DNA from: Flavobacteriaceae bacterium
Lineage (GTDB): Bacteria > Bacteroidota > Bacteroidia > Flavobacteriales > Flavobacteriaceae
Length of the DNA: 32,000 bases
Assembly: GCA_965224465.1 (NCBI GenBank)
Contig: OZ245049.1
Span: 120,001 to 152,000 of the forward strand
Reading direction: 5' to 3'
The notes under the pieces are model-generated. The model was not told the origin of the DNA. It ran no database searches and worked only from the letters and a program-made list of their open reading frames with translations. How positions within the stretch are numbered: the first letter of the stretch is position 1; every line of letters begins with the position of its first letter. Of the stretch, positions 24,796 through 32,000 are shown in pieces. A program made the position numbers and the translations under genes.

Positions 24796-26061
24796 ATGCA
24801 TAAAAATGAAATTTTAAAAGAATTATTACGTAAGAAAGGCATTGGGCCATCAGGAAGTAAACACCTTGATTTGAGCCAAACCATGTTGTTGAGAGAATTA
24901 TTGTTTGACAGCAGTTTAGAAATTATTACCCAAGCTACAATGCTTACGGCTTTATTAACGCTTGATGCGAATACAGAGGAGGCGGTATTGATAGCGAGGA
25001 TTAAAGAACGAAGATCGCAGCTGCCAAAGGAATTGCAAAACATATTATATCCAACGGAATATAAGGAGTTTGTAGGGATTATTCAACAGGTAATTGCAGG
25101 GGAAGATTTGTCTAAAAAAGATGCGCATGATGGAGTTAGCTATTTATTTGAGGAAGAGGTTCCAGCCTATTTAAAGGCTGTTTTTTTAGAAGCGCAGCGT
25201 TTAAAAAGAGAAACATTCCAAGAGAATCTCGTGTTTTTAAACTCTTTTTGGGAACATTCTACAAGACAAAGCACGGACTTTCCTGTGCTTATTGATATTT
25301 GTAATAATTATGATGGTTGGCAACGGGTTCAAAATTATTCCGTTTTTGTAGCACAACTATTAGCAATCATGGGATTTCCGACGGTGTTACATGGAGCTGT
25401 ATGTGTAGCTCCAAAATTTGGATTTACCAATTATACCTTGTTAAAAGCATTGGGCTATCCAAGTGATAATTCTCTGTCAGAAGCCGTTGCATATCTACAG
25501 GAAGTGGGCTGGGCTTATGTAAATAATACGGAGTTTAGCCCTGAAATTAATGCGTTTAATTTCCTGCGAGAGCAGATGGTAAAGCGCCCCTTTATCGCGA
25601 CTTTTGAAAAAATACTCCATCCAATACATGCGACGGATGCGACCTATGGGGTTGTTGGATATACCCATAAGAAATATAAAATGACCATGGCTAAATTAGT
25701 GAACGCACAGGGCAAAACAAAAAAAGCATTAGTGATCAAAGGAGAAGAAGGTTCTCCGCAATTGTCTCTTGATAAGACAACAGAATACGCCTTGATACAA
25801 GAGGGTCTTATTTTGGAAAAAACCATAAGTCCAGCGGAGTTGGGTATCGAAATTCCTGAAAAAATCACTTTGGATCCTCCGTCTGCAAGCACCATAATTA
25901 ATACCGTAAAAAAGGCATTGGAAGGGAACAATATATATGTTCGGAATAAAATTATTTACAATGCCATGGCTTATTGTGTGATGTTAGGGTTTGATACACC
26001 GTCTCTTAAAGATTTTAATGCAGGTTTTGATCAAATTAAATTAGATACGAACTCATTTTAA
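24796..26061 (+). CDS. TrpD (anthranilate phosphoribosyltransferase)-fold paralog with degenerate catalytic motifs
   Basis: The 421-aa ORF aligns by eye to the TrpD / glycosyltransferase family 3 fold. This covers the N-terminal helical-bundle pattern (apparently present twice) and the alpha/beta domain. All four recalled catalytic motifs are replaced (see findings). Confidence 0.65.
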   Translation: MHKNEILKELLRKKGIGPSGSKHLDLSQTMLLRELLFDSSLEIITQATMLTALLTLDANTEEAVLIARIKERRSQLPKELQNILYPTEYKEFVGIIQQVIAGEDLSKKDAHDGVSYLFEEEVPAYLKAVFLEAQRLKRETFQENLVFLNSFWEHSTRQSTDFPVLIDICNNYDGWQRVQNYSVFVAQLLAIMGFPTVLHGAVCVAPKFGFTNYTLLKALGYPSDNSLSEAVAYLQEVGWAYVNNTEFSPEINAFNFLREQMVKRPFIATFEKILHPIHATDATYGVVGYTHKKYKMTMAKLVNAQGKTKKALVIKGEEGSPQLSLDKTTEYALIQEGLILEKTISPAELGIEIPEKITLDPPSASTIINTVKKALEGNNIYVRNKIIYNAMAYCVMLGFDTPSLKDFNAGFDQIKLDTNSF

Positions 26062-26153
26062 TTTCTGAAAACTCCTGTAATTTTTAGTTTTTTACAGGAA
26101 TCGTAAAATTACTTCGGTGTTTTTGTAAATACTTGATTTTAAGGGGTTTATTT

Positions 26154-26172
26154 TTACGTAATTAGTTACGTA
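26154..26172. promoter_or_regulatory. Candidate operator: two TTACGTA boxes 12 bp apart upstream of nirB
   Basis: The sequence is TTACGTAA-ttag-TTACGTA, centred about 44-56 nt upstream of the nirB ATG. It is followed by TAGTTTAG (26181..26188), which is one mismatch from the Bacteroidota -7 consensus TAnnTTTG. Confidence 0.3.
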
Positions 26173-26210
26173 TTTTTACTTAGTTTAGCAATAGGTAAAA
26201 ATACGGAGCT

Positions 26211-28715
26211 ATGGAGAAAATTTTAGTGATAGGAAATGGAATGGTTGGTTATAAATTTTGCGAGAAATTTATAGAAAAAGGAGGGCTGCAATCTTTTCGT
26301 TTAACTGTTTTTGGGGAAGAGAATAAAAGAGCTTATGACAGAGTGCATCTCTCTAGTTATTTTACAAATCCAGATTTTAATTCCCTTGCCTTATCTTCAA
26401 AAAACTGGTATCAAGATCAGGGTGTTGAATTAATCTTGAACGATAAAATTATAGCAGTTGATTGTACAAAAAAACAAGTTACTTCACAAAGTGGTCTTAT
26501 TCGAGACTTTGACAAACTCATTATAGCTACAGGTTCCAGTTGCTTTATGCCTCCGATTAAAGGCATGGATAAGAAGGGGGTTTTTGCGTATCGAACGATT
26601 GATGATTTGGATGCGATTATCACCTATAGTAAAACATGTAAAACGGCTGCTGTATTAGGAGGAGGACTTTTGGGGCTGGAAGCTGCTAAAGCCATAAAAG
26701 ACTTGAATTTAGAAGCACATGTTGTAGAATTTGCACCACGTCTAATGCCTAGGCAATTAGATGATTCTGGTGCCACACTCCTGCGAGAAAAAATTGAAGA
26801 GAGTGGTGTTCAGATTCACCTCGGTAAAAGCACCAAAGAAATTAGTGGAAATGGATGTATTGAAGGCTTGTCTTTTAAGGACGATACGTTTTTAGAAGTG
26901 GACATGTTGGTGGTTTCTGCTGGCATACGTCCCAACGATATGTTAGGGAAAGCAATGGGTTTAACACTTGGTGACCGTGGAGGAATTGTAGTTGATAATA
27001 CCTTAGAAACCTCAGTGAAAGATGTTTTTGCGATAGGCGAGGTAGCATTGTTCAATAATATGATTTTTGGATTAGTTGCTCCAGGTTATGATATGGCAGA
27101 AGTATTGGCTCATAATTTAGTGTCGGAGAAGCAACAGTTTTTTACCGCACCTGATATGTCTACTAAATTAAAGTTGATAGGGACCGAAGTAGGGAGTTTT
27201 GGAGATGCTTTAAGTGAAAAACAAGGAGAGAGCTATCCAATTATTTATCAAGATAACTTAAAGGGAATTTACAAACGTATTAATATCTGTAAAAAAGAGA
27301 ACATACTGCTTGGTGGTGTCCTTGTAGGGGATACATCTTCCTATGGGATGCTTTTGCAAATGACTTTGAATAAAATGAAATTGCCAGAAAACCCCTCTTC
27401 TCTAATTACGCCTGCCACAACGGAAGGTGGTACAGGCATGAGTGTAGCTGACTTACCTGGAGATGCCTTGATCTGTTCTTGTGAAAATATCACAAAGGAG
27501 GCTATTTGCAATCCTATAAAAGAAGGAACTGCAGTTTCATTAAATGATATTAAAAAATGCACAAAGGCAGGAACGGGATGTGGTGGTTGTATTCCTATGA
27601 TTAATGATTTAATAGAGGACACCTTACAGTCTTTAGGGAAGGATGTTAAAAAATATATTTGTGAACATTTTACCTATACCCGTCAAGAACTGTATTCTTT
27701 AATACAGGTAAAATCGTACAAGTCTTATGACATTGTTTTAGAGAATCTAGGGACAGGAAGTGGATGTGAAACGTGTAAACCTCTCGTAGTTTCTTTGCTT
27801 GCTAGTATTTGGAATGATCTTATTCTAGACAATAATAATGATACTGCTCAAGACACCAACGATCGGTTTTTAGCCAATATTCAACGCGGTGGAACTTATT
27901 CTGTTGTTCCTAGAATCCCGGGAGGAGAAATCACCCCAGATAAACTAATTGTAATTGGTCAGGTAGCAAAAAAATACGATTTGTATACAAAAATTACTGG
28001 AGGGCAACGGATAGATATGTTTGGTGCAACTCTAAGCGATTTACCAATGATATGGGAAGCATTAATAGCAGCTGGTTTTGAAAGTGGGCATGCCTATGGG
28101 AAATCTATGCGAACCGTAAAAAGTTGTGTAGGATCTAGCTGGTGTAGGTATGGAGTCCAAGATGCTGTTGGTTTTGCGATAGAAATTGAACATCGCTATA
28201 AAGGGATACGTTCTCCGCATAAATTAAAATCTGCCGTCTCAGGATGTGTCAGAGAATGTGCAGAGGCACAATGTAAAGACTTTGGAATTATAGCAACGGA
28301 AAAAGGATGGAATCTCTATGTATGTGGAAACGGAGGTGCAAAACCTCAACACGGAAGTTTACTTGCCGTAGATCTTGATAGAGCCACATGCATACGTTAT
28401 ATAGACCGTTTTTTAATGTTCTATATAAAAACAGCGGAACCTTTGATGAGAACTTCCAAATGGATACACACCCTTTCTGGGGGGATTGCGTATTTAAAAG
28501 AAGTGGTAATAGCTGATTCTTTAGGTATTTGTGACGATTTAGAAATTCAAATGCAACAGCATGTAGATAGTTATATCTGTGAATGGAAAGACGTGGTAGA
28601 GACACCAAGTAAGCGTGATAAGTTTGCGCATTTTGTTAATAGCAGTCAGGCAGATAGTACGATTGAATTTGTTCCAATGCGGGATATGAAAATGCCAAAA
28701 CCTTGGGAATCATGA
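26211..28715 (+). CDS. nirB: NAD(P)H-dependent assimilatory nitrite reductase large subunit
   Basis: 834-aa ORF with an N-terminal FAD/NAD Rossmann domain (ILVIGNGMVG, AAVLGGGLLGLEAA). It has BFD-like 2Fe-2S cysteines (CSCENIT..CGGC), and the siroheme/4Fe-4S cysteines SCVGSSWCRYG and SGCVRECAEAQCKD. Confidence 0.95.
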   Translation: MEKILVIGNGMVGYKFCEKFIEKGGLQSFRLTVFGEENKRAYDRVHLSSYFTNPDFNSLALSSKNWYQDQGVELILNDKIIAVDCTKKQVTSQSGLIRDFDKLIIATGSSCFMPPIKGMDKKGVFAYRTIDDLDAIITYSKTCKTAAVLGGGLLGLEAAKAIKDLNLEAHVVEFAPRLMPRQLDDSGATLLREKIEESGVQIHLGKSTKEISGNGCIEGLSFKDDTFLEVDMLVVSAGIRPNDMLGKAMGLTLGDRGGIVVDNTLETSVKDVFAIGEVALFNNMIFGLVAPGYDMAEVLAHNLVSEKQQFFTAPDMSTKLKLIGTEVGSFGDALSEKQGESYPIIYQDNLKGIYKRINICKKENILLGGVLVGDTSSYGMLLQMTLNKMKLPENPSSLITPATTEGGTGMSVADLPGDALICSCENITKEAICNPIKEGTAVSLNDIKKCTKAGTGCGGCIPMINDLIEDTLQSLGKDVKKYICEHFTYTRQELYSLIQVKSYKSYDIVLENLGTGSGCETCKPLVVSLLASIWNDLILDNNNDTAQDTNDRFLANIQRGGTYSVVPRIPGGEITPDKLIVIGQVAKKYDLYTKITGGQRIDMFGATLSDLPMIWEALIAAGFESGHAYGKSMRTVKSCVGSSWCRYGVQDAVGFAIEIEHRYKGIRSPHKLKSAVSGCVRECAEAQCKDFGIIATEKGWNLYVCGNGGAKPQHGSLLAVDLDRATCIRYIDRFLMFYIKTAEPLMRTSKWIHTLSGGIAYLKEVVIADSLGICDDLEIQMQQHVDSYICEWKDVVETPSKRDKFAHFVNSSQADSTIEFVPMRDMKMPKPWES

Positions 28716-28825
28716 TTGCTGTAGTAGAAATGACTTGTAGATGTTCTTGGAATAAACAGCGTCGCCTCTCGAAAGCATGTCAGGTACTTTTGGAAGTACG
28801 TATCAATAATATAAAAAAATAATAG

Positions 28826-29152
28826 ATGAAAAATTGGATTAAAGTAGCATTAGTAAGTGACATCCCTAAAAACGGGGGAGCCTGTGTAAAGGTAGCGGAT
28901 TTACAGATAGCAATTTTTAATTTCTCGAAGGAGAATGCCTGGTTTGCAACACAGAATCTATGTCCTCATAAAAAAGAAATGGTGTTGTCTCGAGGACTTA
29001 TAGGGAGTGATCAGAACAGACCTAAAGTAGCCTGTCCTTTTCATAAAAAAACATTTTCTCTGGAGGATGGTTCTTGCTTGAGTGGAGAGGATTATACACT
29101 TAAAACATATCCTATAAAAATTGAGAACGAAATGGTTTTTGTTGAGGTGTAA
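28826..29152 (+). CDS. nirD: Nitrite reductase small subunit (Rieske-like fold)
   Basis: The 108-aa ORF follows nirB directly. It has the pattern IAIFNF...ATQNLCPHKKEMVLSRGLIG...VACPFHKKTFSLEDGSC typical of NirD. Confidence 0.9.
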   Translation: MKNWIKVALVSDIPKNGGACVKVADLQIAIFNFSKENAWFATQNLCPHKKEMVLSRGLIGSDQNRPKVACPFHKKTFSLEDGSCLSGEDYTLKTYPIKIENEMVFVEV

Positions 29153-29240
29153 GAATCAAGACGTTGGGTTTCTTGACGTTGTGGATGTCACCATTCACTA
29201 ATCACCAATAAACAATGACCATTCATCATAAAAAAAAACT

Positions 29241-30563
29241 ATGAAAATAAAAAATACAGTACCAGCAATTTCCATCAAGCTATGGGATTTTAAATCACCT
29301 CAAATGAGGGCTTTTCACTTCTCATGGTTTGCCTTTTTTTTATGTTTTTTCGGATGGTTTTCCTTTCCTGCACTGTCTAAATGGGTGATTGATGATTTAG
29401 GAATTACTGTCAGTCAATTTGTGACTACTTCTCAATGGGCTGTCGGATCTACCATTATCATGCGCTTGTTAATAGGTGTCTTAGCGAATAAATTTGGACC
29501 GCGAAGAACCTATGCTTGGCTCCTAATACTGGGAGCTATCCCTGTTTTTTTATCAGCATTTATTCAAAACTATGAGCAATTATTAGTGGTTCGAATCTTT
29601 GTTGGTGCGATTGGGGCTTCCTTTGTCTTAACACAAGTGCATACGTCTTTAATGTTTGCTCCAAATATCGTAGGGACGGCAAATGCAACCACAGCAGGTT
29701 GGGGAAATCTAGGAGGTGGTGTCACACAGCAAATAATGCCATTATTATTGGTTGGTTTTGCCTTTTTTATGCCTGAAGAATTGGCATGGCGCTATGCGAT
29801 GGCAGTACCCAGCTTTTTTATGGTTATTATGGGGTTCTTGTATTATAAGTACACGCAAGATACTCCTACAGGGAATTTCAAACCATTAGATAAAAAGGAC
29901 ACGTTTACACTAAAACCGCTATTAATAGCAGTGAAGGATTATCGTGTGGTATTGCTTTTTATTATTTATGGTGCTTGTTTTGGAATTGAACTTATTGTGA
30001 ATTCTAACATCGCTTTGTATTTGATCAACGATATAAACATCACACCGATATTAGCAGCGAGTATTGCCTCCATTTTTGGTTTAATGAATCTCTTTGCGCG
30101 TACTTTAGGAGGCTATTACGGGGATAAATTCGGAAAAAAATCTGGTTTAAATGGACGTGTAAAATGGCTGTTCACCACTTTGTTTGTGGAAGGATGTGTA
30201 CTGCTGGTATTTGCTCAGTTTCATAGCATTACAGCGTTGGTTCCCATACTCATCGTCTTTAGCTTATTTGTTCAAATGGCGGAAGGTGCTACCTTTTCTA
30301 TTGTGCCATTTGTAAATAAAAAATTGACAAGTGTTATTGCTGGAATTGTTGGAGCAGGAGGGAATACAGGTGCCGTTTTAGGCTTGTTTTTGTTTAAAAT
30401 AGAGGGCTTTAGTTGGTCGTATGCTTTCATGACTTTAGGAGTGCTCGTACTAGGGGTCTCTTTTCTTTCTTTGTTGATAAAATTCAGTCCTTCGGAAGAT
30501 GAGAATGCAGAGAAAGAGCTAGTGAAAATCCGTAAAATTCATAAAGAATTACAATTGAATTGA
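29241..30563 (+). CDS. narK: MFS nitrate/nitrite transporter (NarK/NrtP type)
   Basis: The 440-aa ORF is a 12-TM MFS protein carrying the nitrate/nitrite porter signatures GWGNLGGGVTQ and GIVGAGGNTGAV. Confidence 0.9.
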   Translation: MKIKNTVPAISIKLWDFKSPQMRAFHFSWFAFFLCFFGWFSFPALSKWVIDDLGITVSQFVTTSQWAVGSTIIMRLLIGVLANKFGPRRTYAWLLILGAIPVFLSAFIQNYEQLLVVRIFVGAIGASFVLTQVHTSLMFAPNIVGTANATTAGWGNLGGGVTQQIMPLLLVGFAFFMPEELAWRYAMAVPSFFMVIMGFLYYKYTQDTPTGNFKPLDKKDTFTLKPLLIAVKDYRVVLLFIIYGACFGIELIVNSNIALYLINDINITPILAASIASIFGLMNLFARTLGGYYGDKFGKKSGLNGRVKWLFTTLFVEGCVLLVFAQFHSITALVPILIVFSLFVQMAEGATFSIVPFVNKKLTSVIAGIVGAGGNTGAVLGLFLFKIEGFSWSYAFMTLGVLVLGVSFLSLLIKFSPSEDENAEKELVKIRKIHKELQLN

Positions 30564-30682
30564 TTTAGATAGTTGTCTAAATTAATAAAAAATGAATATA
30601 TTTAAATACTTTAAATCATTGGAAAACTGTGTTTTTAACCACTGTTATATTCCATAAAGGTTTAAAAACAAGAAAAAAAGCT

Positions 30683-32000
30683 ATGAATTCATATACAAAA
30701 TCAATTTGTTCGTATTGCGGTGTCGGTTGCGGGGTGCTGATCAAGAGCAATGAGCATACCAATGAGATTGATTTAATTGGGGATACTACGCATCCTGTAA
30801 ATAAAGGCATGCTTTGTTCTAAGGGGAGGAATCTCCACCATACGGTGATGGATACCAGCGATCGTTTATTGCAGCCTCAAATGAGATGGAATCGGGAATC
30901 GCCTTTGGAAGAAGTGAGTTGGGATACGGCTTTAGAACGTGCTGCAGGCGTATTTAAAGGGCTGATAAATAATTACGGCCCCGATGCTGTTGGCTTTTAT
31001 GTGTCGGGTCAATTATTGACGGAAGAATATTATATAGTAAATAAGCTTGTAAAAGGATTTCTTAAAACCAATAATATAGATACGAATTCGCGTTTATGTA
31101 TGAGCTCTGCGGTGGTTGCTTATAAAAAAACATTGGGAGAAGACAGTGTGCCTATTTGTTATGATGATATAGAATTGGCAGATTGTTTTTTTATTGCGGG
31201 TGCTAACCCTGCCTGGTGTCACCCGATATTATTCCGCCGTTTGGAAGCACATAAACAGTCCAATCCTGACGTTAAAATAGTTGTGGTAGATCCAAGAGAA
31301 ACAGCTTCGGCGAGTATTGCAGATTTACATTTGCAAATTAATCCGGGTACAGATGTGTATCTCTACAATGCAATTGCTAAATGTTTGATAGAAACAGATC
31401 AGATAGATGCCTCATTTATAACGGATCATGTAGACGGATTTGAAGCGTTAAAAAAACAAGTATTCCAATATAGTGTAGAAGAAATAGCTGAAATATGTGG
31501 CGTTTCCAAGGATGATATTCAGCTTGCAGCGTCTTGGATTGGTGAAGCTACGGGCTTTATCTCTATGTGGACTATGGGACTCAATCAGAGTTCTATCGGA
31601 GTCAATAAAAATGTAGCCTTGATAAACCTGTCACTTATCACTGGGAAAATAGGGAAACCAGGGAATGGTCCTTTCTCCTTAACCGGACAACCGAATGCGA
31701 TGGGCGGTAGGGAAGTGGGTGGATTGAGTTCGATGTTGGCGGTTCATAAAAGTTATGAAAATCCCATACATGTGGATGAAGTAGCTCGTTTTTGGAATGT
31801 TAGTGGACTTTCTACAAAACAAGGCTTGACGGCAACAGAGATGTTTGACGCTCTTTTTGAAGGAAAATTAAAAGCAATATGGATTATTTGTACCAACCCT
31901 ACAGTGAGTTTACCCGATGCAAGAAAAATTGAGGCCGCTTTAAGAAAGGCTAAATTTGTGATTGTTCAAGACATTTCTAATGCTTCTACAACAGTGCATT
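30683..32000 (+). CDS. nasA: Assimilatory nitrate reductase catalytic subunit (molybdopterin oxidoreductase), 3' end beyond the window
   Basis: Manual translation from the ATG at 30683 gives MNSYTKSICSYCGVGCGVLIKS...HPVNKGMLCSKG, containing the N-terminal 4Fe-4S Cx2Cx3C..C motif. Later come the molybdopterin-domain motifs IAGANPAWCHP and SLTGQPNAMGGREVG. The frame is open to position 32000, so it is not in the ORF track. Confidence 0.9.
   Translation, partial: MNSYTKSICSYCGVGCGVLIKSNEHTNEIDLIGDTTHPVNKGMLCSKGRNLHHTVMDTSDRLLQPQMRWNRESPLEEVSWDTALERAAGVFKGLINNYGPDAVGFYVSGQLLTEEYYIVNKLVKGFLKTNNIDTNSRLCMSSAVVAYKKTLGEDSVPICYDDIELADCFFIAGANPAWCHPILFRRLEAHKQSNPDVKIVVVDPRETASASIADLHLQINPGTDVYLYNAIAKCLIETDQIDASFITDHVDGFEALKKQVFQYSVEEIAEICGVSKDDIQLAASWIGEATGFISMWTMGLNQSSIGVNKNVALINLSLITGKIGKPGNGPFSLTGQPNAMGGREVGGLSSMLAVHKSYENPIHVDEVARFWNVSGLSTKQGLTATEMFDALFEGKLKAIWIICTNPTVSLPDARKIEAALRKAKFVIVQDISNASTTVH

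Noticed and set aside
29157-29225. Short direct repeats between nirD and narK: GACGTTG at 29160 and 29175, and ACCATTCA at 29190 and 29218
   Set aside because: These are 7-8 nt repeats seen only twice each, which could be chance. No palindromic or known operator architecture is apparent.
30616-30810. 64-aa minus-strand ORF
   Set aside because: It is antisense to the 5' end of nasA, whose Cx2Cx3C iron-sulfur motif is encoded on the plus strand here.

Overview
AT-rich chromosomal segment, probably from a Flavobacteriia/Bacteroidota genome. That assignment is an inference from the protein families, the lipoprotein-type signal peptides and the AT bias; nothing was searched. Positions 1-6.6 kb carry housekeeping genes on the minus strand: a DUF4268-like fragment, miaE, an RCK-domain cation/proton antiporter, dnaX and a sulfatase. 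Positions 6.7-13.5 kb look accessory. They hold three small lipoprotein genes arranged like cassettes, a start-less ORF remnant, and an intact IS66-family element with an 8-bp target duplication. They also hold a pentapeptide-repeat gene split by a single in-frame TAA, and a five-copy tandem array (162/111-bp units) in which every unit carries a conserved 26-28 codon ORF overlapping a long hairpin. Positions 13.5-18.2 kb carry an acyl-CoA ligase / nitronate-monooxygenase-like / acyl-CoA ligase operon. Positions 18.8-21 kb carry an AraC regulator and an iron alcohol dehydrogenase, followed by a 990-bp IS1595-family element with an 8-bp target duplication. Positions 22.3-32 kb carry a NarL/NarX-type two-component pair divergent from an assimilatory nitrate/nitrite cluster: a catalytically degenerate TrpD-like paralog, nirB, nirD, narK and a partial nasA. 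I saw no rRNA, tRNA or CRISPR. The most unusual items are the tandem small-ORF/hairpin array, the degenerate TrpD-like gene heading the nitrate cluster, an A11 slippery tract in dnaX, and TACGTA palindromes concentrated in the nitrate cluster.
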